From an uncultured Victivallales bacterium (lineage in GTDB: Bacteria > Verrucomicrobiota > Lentisphaeria > Victivallales > UBA1829), in NCBI GenBank assembly GCA_934644965.1, contig CAKUDG010000001.1:32500-96499 (forward strand): 64,000 nucleotides of DNA, read 5' to 3'. This document shows, one piece after another, positions 40,351 through 48,673 of this stretch; positions within the stretch are counted from its first letter, which is position 1, and each line of letters opens with the position of its first letter. The notes below the pieces were generated by a model that saw only the letters and a program-made list of their open reading frames with translations, was not told where the DNA came from and did not search any database. Made by a program: the position numbers and the translations under genes.

Positions 40351-41367
40351 TCAAAGCATCTCAGACGCTGAAAGCGATTCCACCGATTCTCTTTTCATAT
40401 AACTGCACGGAATGCGCACACAGGGGCGGTATTCCCTTTTCTTCATCAAATCCAGCAATTCCGCTGCCAGTGCGGAAGCGATTTCCCTTTTCGGCAGATC
40501 AATGCTGCTCAGGGATGGAACCGTGTATCCGGCAGACGCCGTATTGTCGTAACCGGCGACTGCCATATCGTCCGGAACCTTCACTCCCGTTTCGTGACAG
40601 GCCCTGAGCACTCCCCGGGCGATCTCGTCATTGTAACAGAACACGCAGTCGGCCTTTTCTCCCATCGTCTGAAGGAACTGCTTCATTCCCCGGTATCCGC
40701 CCTGCACGTCCGCACTCACTCGGATGTGGCGGATCGCAACGGATCTCTTTTCCCATTCCCGCGCATACACGCGGCAACGGTGAATCTCCGCAGACGGCGC
40801 CAGAAGAAGCGGACGGCTCTGTCCGGAAAGGCAGAAACTGTCCACCATCTCCGCTATGGCAGCGGAAGGATCCGAACGCACGGAACGGATCCAGGGGACC
40901 TGCTGTTCCTCCTCCCCGACTTCATCCCCGTCAAACAACACCAAAGGAAAGGAGGCGGAACGGTTCTCCGAAAGCCAGATCTCCCGGCTCCAGCCGAACG
41001 CCACAGCGCCTGCCACATTCAGCTGACGCAGCAGTCTTACCGCCTCCCGCGTCTCCTCATCGCTGTTGCTTTCCGATACATACACAATGTATCCGTGCAT
41101 ACGGAACTGCTGCAAAAGTTCGTGGAACAAGCTCGAAAAAAACGGATTTTCCATCGAAGGAAACAAAATGCCGATCAGATTGGTCTTCCCGTGACGCAGC
41201 ATCCGCCCCGCAAGCCCCGGCTGATAACCGCATTCCTCCGCAAAGCGAAGCACTTTTTCCGTCACTTCCCGCGAAATCCGGGATTCCCCCTTCAAGGCCA
41301 TGGAGACTGTCGCCTGAGAAAGATTCAGGGCTTCGGCTATCTGTTTCTGGTTCATCTGAGCGGGCAT
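40351..41367 (-). CDS. LacI-family transcriptional regulator
   Basis: N-terminal HTH 'QKQIAEALNLSQATVSMALKG' and a PBP-type sugar-binding core. Confidence 0.85.
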   Translation of the reverse strand: MPAQMNQKQIAEALNLSQATVSMALKGESRISREVTEKVLRFAEECGYQPGLAGRMLRHGKTNLIGILFPSMENPFFSSLFHELLQQFRMHGYIVYVSESNSDEETREAVRLLRQLNVAGAVAFGWSREIWLSENRSASFPLVLFDGDEVGEEEQQVPWIRSVRSDPSAAIAEMVDSFCLSGQSRPLLLAPSAEIHRCRVYAREWEKRSVAIRHIRVSADVQGGYRGMKQFLQTMGEKADCVFCYNDEIARGVLRACHETGVKVPDDMAVAGYDNTASAGYTVPSLSSIDLPKREIASALAAELLDLMKKREYRPCVRIPCSYMKRESVESLSASEML

Positions 41368-41379
41368 CCTGTCTTTTTT

Positions 41380-41395
41380 ATTTATACGTATAAAT
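41380..41395. promoter_or_regulatory. Perfect 16-bp palindrome ATTTATACGTATAAAT with a central CG (LacI-type operator candidate)
   Basis: Read directly from the sequence. It lies 13 nt upstream of the lacI-family ATG and abuts the -10 box. Confidence 0.4.
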
Positions 41396-41422
41396 TATAC
41401 TGCATTTTCTTTCCTCTGTCAA
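41394..41422 (-). promoter_or_regulatory. Consensus sigma70-type promoter TTGACA-17-TATAAT for the LacI-family gene
   Basis: On the minus strand: 'TTGACAgaggaaagaaaatgcagTATAAT'. Both hexamers match the consensus. Confidence 0.5.
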
Positions 41423-41452
41423 TACCCCTTATCAGCTTCCAATCAAAAAGAA

Positions 41453-41467
41453 ATGTTTTTCAAACAT
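41453..41467. promoter_or_regulatory. Inverted repeat ATGTTT-ttc-AAACAT upstream of the LacI promoter
   Basis: Read directly from the sequence: 6-bp arms with a 3-nt spacer. Confidence 0.25.
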
Positions 41468-41652
41468 GGTTTTTGGAAAAGAGATTCTCCCATTGTCTTC
41501 TCAGGGAACGGGCAGAGTTCATTTCTTCTCTTTCTGTCTGAAATGGTTGCAGAATGCCGTTTTCGTTCCGTCCTGCTGTTGCGGCGGCGGGCGGGGTGAG
41601 AGGGATCTCAAGAGGGAAAAAAGGGGGCGGGAGAGGCCAGGATAGTGAGGGG

Positions 41653-41708
41653 AAAAAAAATAAAATGCCCGGAACCGGAGAAGGGGAAATGCTTCATCCA
41701 GTCCCGGG
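41653..41708 (-). terminator. Probable intrinsic terminator of the lipoprotein gene
   Basis: On the minus strand: an imperfect GC-rich hairpin (CCCGGGACTGG ... CCGGTTCCGGGC) followed by 'ATTTTATTTTTTTT', about 30 nt after the stop at 41740. Confidence 0.45.
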
Positions 41709-41739
41709 ATTCTGTTTTTACTGTTTGTGAAGGAAAAGA

Positions 41740-42183
41740 TTATTTCACATCCTTGAGAACGCCGGGAAAACCGGTCGCCTTGCAGTTGATGGTCTTGAAG
41801 ACAAAGTAGTCATTCGTGTTGATAACATACTTTGCGCCAAGCAGCATATCGGAATTTGCCGTCTTGCAGGCATTGTAGACGGCTCCCTGCTTCGCGACAG
41901 CAAGAGGATCGATGGTCAGAAGAAACGAGTTGTTGTTCTCCCTCATCACAAAGGAATCATCAGCAAAATTGGAAACGCCCCATGTGAAAATCCCGAACAA
42001 ACTGTAAATCGTGGCTTCGCCGGAAGCCGCAGCCGCCTTTTTCTCAATGACAGCCTCATATTTCTTTTCCACGGTGACTTCCGGAGCATAAGCCCCCTGA
42101 CTCGTGTTCCTTGTGGCACAGCCGCTCATAAGCACCGATGCGAGAACAGCACTTCCGGCCAACAACAGCACACTCTTTTTCAT
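41740..42183 (-). CDS. Small lipoprotein, function unknown
   Basis: Signal peptide with lipobox 'VLMSGC'. 147 aa. Confidence 0.65.
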   Translation of the reverse strand: MKKSVLLLAGSAVLASVLMSGCATRNTSQGAYAPEVTVEKKYEAVIEKKAAAASGEATIYSLFGIFTWGVSNFADDSFVMRENNNSFLLTIDPLAVAKQGAVYNACKTANSDMLLGAKYVINTNDYFVFKTINCKATGFPGVLKDVK

Positions 42184-42312
42184 TTTCTGACACTCCTTTG
42201 CGTCAAGTTTCTATTCTGAATCCGGGCGAATCCCGGGTCAGGTCTGGGCACACGGAAATATGAAGTCCTTCCATGGATAGGAGGGGAATCCCCCTTACAC
42301 CTTACACTTCCC

Positions 42313-42340
42313 TTGACTCATTATTCCCGCTATGTACAAT
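42313..42340 (+). promoter_or_regulatory. Orphan sigma70-like promoter TTGACT-16-TACAAT
   Basis: Read directly from the sequence. No convincing ORF follows for about 660 nt. Confidence 0.3.
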
Positions 42341-42877
42341 TGAATATCAATCCTGAAAAAAACTCCTCTTCAGCTTCATTTGGATCCCCCTTCGGAAGAT
42401 TTCTCAGAGCGTCTACTTCCGTGCCTTGTTTCCGCACCCGCTTCTTTTCAGCATCCCCCCTGCCCCCCGCAGTTTTCACCACCTGCAGTTTTCCCCTTCT
42501 GCAAAGCAAAGGGACGGGACACAGGAAGATGAAAAAGATCCCGGACCCTTTCTGCCCGCTTTTTCCCTTTTGCACGGAAAGAAGAGAAAGAACTGATATC
42601 GGGTATTGTATATCAGGAAAAAAATTTTTCACTCCCCCCGGGAAAAAAACTTTCCCTTTTTTTATTTTCTTTTATTACTCCTGTTATTTCCGTTGACGCT
42701 TTCCTGCCGCCAGGATTCAGAAGGCATACGGACTTCACGTCACCCACTTTCATGTTTGACTGTACTCTTTTCCCTTCTTTCAGGGGGGGAAACCGCCTTC
42801 CACAGCATCCGTTTTTCGGGAAATCGCAAAAGAAAGAAGGGAGAGGGGGGAGAGAATGCGTCTTTATTCTTTTCCGC

Positions 42878-42906
42878 TTGAATTCATCAGGCCTTCCCGA
42901 TATAAT
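42878..42906 (+). promoter_or_regulatory. Sigma70-like promoter TTGAAT-17-TATAAT for the 43007 gene
   Basis: Read directly from the sequence, about 100 nt upstream of the ATG at 43007, which has an AGGAG RBS. Confidence 0.4.
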
Positions 42907-43006
42907 AATAAAGCATCCTGTCTTCAAAAAACATCCTGACCGGCAGATGAAGGGGGAAGAGAGGGAAGAAAAACCTATTAGGAACCGAAAACGAGGAGAA
43001 AAACTG

Positions 43007-43819
43007 ATGGTGAACAGAAATCTCTGGGTCTGGGGCTATGTCATGGACCGGATCCCCGGGAAGGTGCCGTTCCTTCCCTTTCAAAGTTACTGCAGTCTGG
43101 AAACGGCCTGTTCCTATTTCGGGGCGGAGAACGCCGTTTTTATGAATTCAACGCATTCGATGGAGAGTCTGAATGACCAACTGTTCGGCTATTTGAAAAA
43201 TTGCAGGCAAGTCGTCTGCGGGCTCGAACACGGGCACTATCTGGAGGCGGCTGAAAGAGTCAGTGACTTTTCTCTCAGTCATCCCAATGTGGAGGGCGCA
43301 GTCATCGACGATTTCCTGGACGAGGTCGGAGACTATTACAAAGGTCCCAGCGCCGGCATGCCTCCCGAAGAACTCAAAGCCATCCAGCAGGCGCTCAAAA
43401 AACACAATCCCGCACTGAAACTCTACGTTGTCCGCTACACCAGACAGTCAAAAGAGGATCTTCTTCCCTATCTGGATTATTTCGACGTCCTCAATCTCTG
43501 GGTCTGGCATTCGACCCGCGACTTCTGGGAAGCCTCCTATCTGGACGAAATCGCAAAATTCCGGAAACTCTACCGCAAACCCATTATGCAGGGCCTTTTC
43601 ATTCATCATTACGGATTCTGCGACAACGAACAGCCTCCCATGGATCCCGAACTCATGAACATCCAGTGCGAACGCATCGGGGCGGAACTCAGGCAGGGAC
43701 ACATCGATTCCTGGTGCCTTCTTCAGAACGGCTGGCTTTCCCTCCCCTCCCACCGCGCAACGGTGAAGGTTCTGAAGGACTATCTCGACTGGCATTACGG
43801 AACCACCACATTCCGTTAA
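43007..43819 (+). CDS. Hypothetical cytoplasmic protein (270 aa)
   Basis: Good RBS (AGGAG at 42994-42998) and a non-repetitive, globular-looking sequence. I recognise no motif. The upstream 85 codons of the track ORF are rejected. Confidence 0.55.
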   Translation: MVNRNLWVWGYVMDRIPGKVPFLPFQSYCSLETACSYFGAENAVFMNSTHSMESLNDQLFGYLKNCRQVVCGLEHGHYLEAAERVSDFSLSHPNVEGAVIDDFLDEVGDYYKGPSAGMPPEELKAIQQALKKHNPALKLYVVRYTRQSKEDLLPYLDYFDVLNLWVWHSTRDFWEASYLDEIAKFRKLYRKPIMQGLFIHHYGFCDNEQPPMDPELMNIQCERIGAELRQGHIDSWCLLQNGWLSLPSHRATVKVLKDYLDWHYGTTTFR

Positions 43820-43963
43820 AGACAGAAGAAATCCCTTCTTCTCTTCGCGCTCCTCCCTCCCATTTCTTCCCCCCCTCCTCTTACTTTTCCTCCCGCCGTT
43901 TTGTCTATCTCGCGGATGAGGAAGGGGGGGAAGCCGTTTTTTTACGCCCGCGGGCACAAGCTG

Positions 43964-44761
43964 TCAGAGTTTGCGGTATACTCTGACATAGTCGATTTCA
44001 AAATCCTTCGGATAAACGAGATCCGGATCCACATTGCCGATCCAGCCGGAATACTGGAAAAGAGCGAGCAGAATGAACATTTTTTCCTGAGGTGTGGGCC
44101 CCTTCCAGATTTTTATGACATTGCCGTCGAAATACCATCGGATACAGCCTTCCTCCCATTCCATGGCCCAGACATGGAAGTCGTTGGAAACATCGACGGG
44201 AAGGGGATGAAGGAAATGGGCGTCTTCTGTGAAATGAACGTTCAGGTCCACCTTGCTTTCCGTATCGGAAACATAGCGGCCCTGCTGCTCGAAGATGTCG
44301 ATTTCCAGGACGCCTTCACCGACGGTTTTCCTTCTTCCGTCAATGGTGTATTCCTGTTTGGCGGGATCAACCTGGTGAAGCCAGAAAGCGCTCAGAAGAC
44401 CCTCTCCGCGCGGAATCCGGCAGCGGACTTCAAAGAGGCCGTATTTCTGGGAAAATTTTTCCAGAATGCAGTACTGATCCGGGGTGGCGCCGATCCGGTG
44501 GTCGGATGTGGTGACACAGCTCACGCACTGATGACTCTTTCCCGGACGAAACGGAAGTGTTTCGGAAATACGCAGTTTCAGGAGACTGTCTTCGATCACG
44601 TAATGCGCATTGTGATCCACCCATCGCTGAGGAAGTCCGCAGCGCTTGAGGTATTCCACGCGCCCGGAACGATAGGCGGGATACCAGTAGATGTCGTTCA
44701 GCTGAGGACGGTCAAATTCATCATGGAACGTCAGTTCCCAGCCAGGTTTTTCCCAGTCCAT
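43964..44761 (-). CDS. Glycoside hydrolase family 16 (beta-glucanase/laminarinase-like)
   Basis: Catalytic 'EIDIFE' (ExDxxE), 'FHDEFD' and 'DFHVWAMEWEEGCIRWYFDG'. There is no signal peptide from the start 'MDWEKPGW'. Confidence 0.8.
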   Translation of the reverse strand: MDWEKPGWELTFHDEFDRPQLNDIYWYPAYRSGRVEYLKRCGLPQRWVDHNAHYVIEDSLLKLRISETLPFRPGKSHQCVSCVTTSDHRIGATPDQYCILEKFSQKYGLFEVRCRIPRGEGLLSAFWLHQVDPAKQEYTIDGRRKTVGEGVLEIDIFEQQGRYVSDTESKVDLNVHFTEDAHFLHPLPVDVSNDFHVWAMEWEEGCIRWYFDGNVIKIWKGPTPQEKMFILLALFQYSGWIGNVDPDLVYPKDFEIDYVRVYRKL

Positions 44762-45348
44762 TCTGTTTCTTCTCCCTGATTTCAAATTCAATGATTGCGT
44801 TCGCATGCCTTTCCCCATTTTTGTCTTTGCCATGCATCCTGAAGGAACGCATATTCTGCGGAATCCGCATGCGGTCCGATCCGGGTCGGCAGGAAGGGGG
44901 AGGAGAAAGCTCCGGGGTGCGTATCTTCCACTCCGGCAGTCCTGCAGAGGGAAAATGAGGATCCGTCCCCAATCATCTTCCGGATCATTTTTCATCTCCA
45001 TGACAGAACTTTTCAGGGAGTATAATTTCACAGAAGAAAAAGTCAATACTGATTTTGAAAATCGGACTAAAATCCTGAACTTCAGTCTTTCTCTTTTTCT
45101 CTCTCAGAATCCGAAGATGATTCCGTCTTTCTCTCTCTCCTCCGCCTTTTCCTTTTGCGCAACTACTTGCAGGCGATTCTGAAAATTTTCCTGTCATCGT
45201 TGCACTTCTGCTTTTTCCTCTGTACTTTTCCCGGACGATTCCCACCCGTGAATTCCTCCGATTCTCTCAGGAAGATTCCTCTTCCGATTGAAAATTGAAA
45301 AAAGCGTGCGGAAAAACCGGAAAAGGAATATTTTTATTTTTATAACAG

Positions 45349-45377
45349 TTGACTTTATAGCTGTTGTATTGTATAAT
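45349..45377 (+). promoter_or_regulatory. Near-consensus promoter TTGACT-17-TATAAT upstream of the MarR-headed cluster, with a flanking inverted repeat
   Basis: Read directly from the sequence. AACAG (45344-45348) and CTGTT (45361-45365) bracket the -35 box. The implied 5' UTR is about 145 nt. Confidence 0.5.
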
Positions 45378-45527
45378 TATCATCAAAACAGGGAAAGGAT
45401 CGGGCAGGAGCCGATGCTCCAGGAGAAGAATTCCCCTCTCCGGAGAAATCCTTCTCCAGCGCCGCTTCTTCTTCCATCTGAGTGAAGAAGAGGAGAAAAC
45501 ACAGGAAACACGGAAGGAGAACTGCAG

Positions 45528-45986
45528 ATGATTTTCAATTCAGACAACCGTTTTGAAGACAAAGAACACGAGGCGTTGATGGGACTCTGGTGGTCCGGAG
45601 TTCTCTTGAAACGGGAATCCAAAAAATTCTTCAAGGGACGAACCTTTTCCGAATCACAGTTCAACGTGCTGATGTCGCTGAAATATGCGGACCGGGATCT
45701 GTCGCAACAGGATCTGAGCCGGCGTCTTCTGGTGGACAAGTCCAATTTGACCGGTTTGATCGACACGCTGGAGGAACTGGATTTTGTCCGTCGGCGGAAG
45801 GAACCGCAGGACCGCCGTTTTCATCGGCTGGAACTGACGGAAAAAGGTAGGATGTTTCTACAAGGGATCGAACCGGCATACTGGGAGCTGGTCCATCGGA
45901 TCATGTCTGTCTTCAGGGAGGACGAAATCTGCCGGATAACCGAATACATGGTCCGGCTCCAGGAAGGACTGGAAAAAGATGAATGA
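45528..45986 (+). CDS. MarR-family transcriptional regulator
   Basis: wHTH 'LSQQDLSRRLLVDKSNLTGLIDTLEELDFVRRRKEPQDRRFHRLELTEKG'. The RBS GGAAGGAG precedes the ATG. Confidence 0.85.
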   Translation: MIFNSDNRFEDKEHEALMGLWWSGVLLKRESKKFFKGRTFSESQFNVLMSLKYADRDLSQQDLSRRLLVDKSNLTGLIDTLEELDFVRRRKEPQDRRFHRLELTEKGRMFLQGIEPAYWELVHRIMSVFREDEICRITEYMVRLQEGLEKDE

Positions 45987-47346
45987 ATTCTGCGTCAGGG
46001 AAGCGATGCGCCGCGTCGCCGCGAGTCTTGCCGCCGTCCCCGCAGCCCGATGCAGTTCTGAGACGATGCGCTTCGGGGATGGAAAACGAAGCAGTGCGGG
46101 AAAGAGTTCGGAAGCAACGGGAAAGGAAGGGAAGAACTTATTCATCGCACTTTTCCGAACTTTTGTTTTCCTCCGGCCTTCGGGAACGGAGGAATATCTG
46201 AATCCAGCTGGAGCGGAAAAAACGGCGGGGACTCCTTCCCTCCCGCGGAGGAAAGAGAGTCTGTGGAGCTTCCTTTACTATTATCTGCGTTCCATGCGTC
46301 TCTATTATGCGTTTGTGACGGGTTCCACCACAGCCGCCGGGATTCTTGCCGCCCATGTTGTTGAGCCTGTTCCGGGATCTACGGCGGAGGGTGGCTGCGG
46401 ATTTGCGTTTTTTTCACTGCCTGCAGTACGCGAGTGTCTTGCTCTGGTCATCGGATTCCTCGCATGGGGAGTGAATCAGATATTCAACGACTACGGAAAC
46501 CGGAAGGAGGATGCCAGGAATGCACCGGACCGGCCCATGGTGAACGGAAATCTGCCCGTGTTCCCGGCGCTGCTTTTATCGTGCGTTCTGATGCTTGTTT
46601 TTGCTGCGGCGATCTTCCTGGCGGCACCAGGAGCGTTGATCTTTCTCATTTGCGGGGCGCTTCTGAATCTTCTGTACAATTTCGGGAAGAAGATTCCGAT
46701 AGCGGGATGCGTACTTTACGGGCTTTCCATTTCCATGTGCTATTTTTTTGGTTTTTTTGCGGCCGGCGGGAGGAATTTCAATTTTTCCGGAGGAGGCGGA
46801 TACGGGATGGGCACATGGATTCCGGAAGGGATGATTTTCCCATGGATGATCTGCATCATTCTGCATGCGTCGATGTGCTATTTCAGCTGTTTCAAGGATA
46901 TGGAGGGTGACCGTGCGGTGGGAATACGGTCTATCCCGGTGATTTTTGGATACCGGAAGGCACTTCTGGGGGGAATGATTCTGGAAGGTCTGCTCCTTCT
47001 GAGCTTCGGAATCATTGCAGCTGCGGGTTTGCCGGGGGGAGCAGTATCCGGGGGGAAGGCGCCGGACGGCATGGAGGGGACGGCGGCCGCCGCCTCCGTA
47101 TGGATCGCTTTCTGCGCATGGGCGATAACGCTTCAGGAAGCGCTCCGGCTTCTGTTCCTTCTGAGGCGGAAGCGTTTGCATGAGGCGACCTGCGCGAACT
47201 GCCGGAACTGTGTTGCGCAAATGCTGCTGCTCTGCTGTCTCGGCATGGAAACGACATGGGAAAAACTGACCGTGCTTGCTGCGATTCCGTTTTCACTGAT
47301 GATGATTCAACTTCTTTTCGGGTGGTACGGAAATGAAAAGGAATAA
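45979..47346 (+). CDS. UbiA-superfamily prenyltransferase, ChlG/DGGGPS-like
   Basis: 'NQIFNDYGNRKEDARNAPDRPMVNG' and 'FKDMEGDRAVGIRSIPVIFG' match the two Asp-rich motifs of chlorophyll-synthase / digeranylgeranylglyceryl-phosphate-synthase-type enzymes. About 8-9 TM segments. The start is ambiguous (45979, 46006 or 46066). Confidence 0.8.
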   Translation: MNEFCVREAMRRVAASLAAVPAARCSSETMRFGDGKRSSAGKSSEATGKEGKNLFIALFRTFVFLRPSGTEEYLNPAGAEKTAGTPSLPRRKESLWSFLYYYLRSMRLYYAFVTGSTTAAGILAAHVVEPVPGSTAEGGCGFAFFSLPAVRECLALVIGFLAWGVNQIFNDYGNRKEDARNAPDRPMVNGNLPVFPALLLSCVLMLVFAAAIFLAAPGALIFLICGALLNLLYNFGKKIPIAGCVLYGLSISMCYFFGFFAAGGRNFNFSGGGGYGMGTWIPEGMIFPWMICIILHASMCYFSCFKDMEGDRAVGIRSIPVIFGYRKALLGGMILEGLLLLSFGIIAAAGLPGGAVSGGKAPDGMEGTAAAASVWIAFCAWAITLQEALRLLFLLRRKRLHEATCANCRNCVAQMLLLCCLGMETTWEKLTVLAAIPFSLMMIQLLFGWYGNEKE

Positions 47347-48673
47347 ATTTCTTACGGGGGCAGAAAAAGCGGCATTGTATTTGCGGATCTCGCTTGACTG
47401 CGCATGGCGTCTGAAGTCGCCGCGGACACTGTTCCGTGCGGCGGGATTCACGAAGGTGTTTTTCCGGCACAAGGTGCGCCGTCTGCCGGGGGGAAGGTAC
47501 AAGCTGGACTTCTACATGCCGGCCTATCCTTCGGACGCGTTTTTCAGGGCTATGGAAGACAAACTTCTCTGGCGTCCGCCGAGGCCGATCTCGGTGGTGC
47601 TTTCGATCACGAAGGCATGCGTCTGCCGCTGTCCGCACTGCTATCAGCGGCAGGATCCGGCGGAGGAACTCCAGCTGGACAGGCTCCTTCAAAACGTCCG
47701 AGAGCTCCGGGATTTCGGGATATCCGCCTGGGCCGTCGAAGGGGGAGAGCCGCTGCTGAAATTCGAGCGTCTGGCAGCGGTTCTCCGGGAACTTGCCGGA
47801 CAGGAAGTCTGGGTGAATTCCAACGGTTTTTCCGCAACGGACGAAAAAATTTCCATCATGTCGGAACTGGGCGTGACGGGCGTCATGAGTTCCATCCACT
47901 CCCCCGACCCGGAAACACACGATGCCTTCACCGGAGTCCCGGGCTCCCATGAACAGGCCCTGCTCTTTCTGGAAAAATGCCGCCGGAAAGGCATGCTCAC
48001 CGGATTCAATACCGTACTCGGGGATGAAGCCGTTCTTTCCGGAGGCATTGAAAAAATCATGGTCCTCGCCGAAGAACGGGAGGTGGACTATGTTCAGCTG
48101 ATCCATCCCAAACCGAGCGGACGGTGGCTCGGGAGAAATTTGGAAAGTGCTCTTTCCTCCGAAGCCGTCCAAAGGGCCTGCGAAGCGCAGATCCGATACA
48201 ATTCTGGGAAGGAAAAACACTCTCCGATCCTGACGGCGCAGGTTTTTGAGGAATCCCCGGAAATGCTCGGCTGCTGCGGAGGCGGAATCGACCGCTTTTA
48301 CATCGGAGCGGCGGGAGACGTTCAGCCATGCGAATTCGTCAATCTCTCTTTCGGCAATCTGAAGGACGTCTCATTCAGGACCGCCTTTGAAAGAATGCGC
48401 GAGGCCTTCCCAGTCCCCTGCTGCGAATGGATCTGCCGGACGCGCGCCCCTGAAATCGCCGCGGCGGCGGAGAAACTGGCAGAGGAACGGAACCATGCGC
48501 AAGCAGCTTGTAAAAGAGGAGAAAAAACAGATGCCCGGCCCCCCCAGGGAACGGAAAGCGGCAGGACTGTTCTTCCGCTCCCCTGGGAAAAGACACGTGA
48601 CCTCGTTGCGAAATGGAAAAAGCAAAGCGGCACCCCGACTCCGCTCTATCAGAAAATGGGGATTTACCGATGA
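47333..48673 (+). CDS. Radical SAM enzyme with a SPASM/twitch-like auxiliary Cys cluster
   Basis: 'CVCRCPHC' contains CxxxCxxC. The downstream Cys-rich region is 'LGCCGGGIDRFYIGAAGDVQPCEF....PVPCCEWICR'. The C-terminus is basic and low-complexity. Confidence 0.8.
   Translation: MKRNKFLTGAEKAALYLRISLDCAWRLKSPRTLFRAAGFTKVFFRHKVRRLPGGRYKLDFYMPAYPSDAFFRAMEDKLLWRPPRPISVVLSITKACVCRCPHCYQRQDPAEELQLDRLLQNVRELRDFGISAWAVEGGEPLLKFERLAAVLRELAGQEVWVNSNGFSATDEKISIMSELGVTGVMSSIHSPDPETHDAFTGVPGSHEQALLFLEKCRRKGMLTGFNTVLGDEAVLSGGIEKIMVLAEEREVDYVQLIHPKPSGRWLGRNLESALSSEAVQRACEAQIRYNSGKEKHSPILTAQVFEESPEMLGCCGGGIDRFYIGAAGDVQPCEFVNLSFGNLKDVSFRTAFERMREAFPVPCCEWICRTRAPEIAAAAEKLAEERNHAQAACKRGEKTDARPPQGTESGRTVLPLPWEKTRDLVAKWKKQSGTPTPLYQKMGIYR

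Noticed and set aside
45288-45485. A 65-aa ORF upstream of the MarR gene, considered as a possible leader or precursor peptide for the rSAM enzyme.
   Set aside because: It starts upstream of the predicted promoter and runs through it, has no RBS, and has a low-complexity C-terminus. It is not a credible RiPP precursor.
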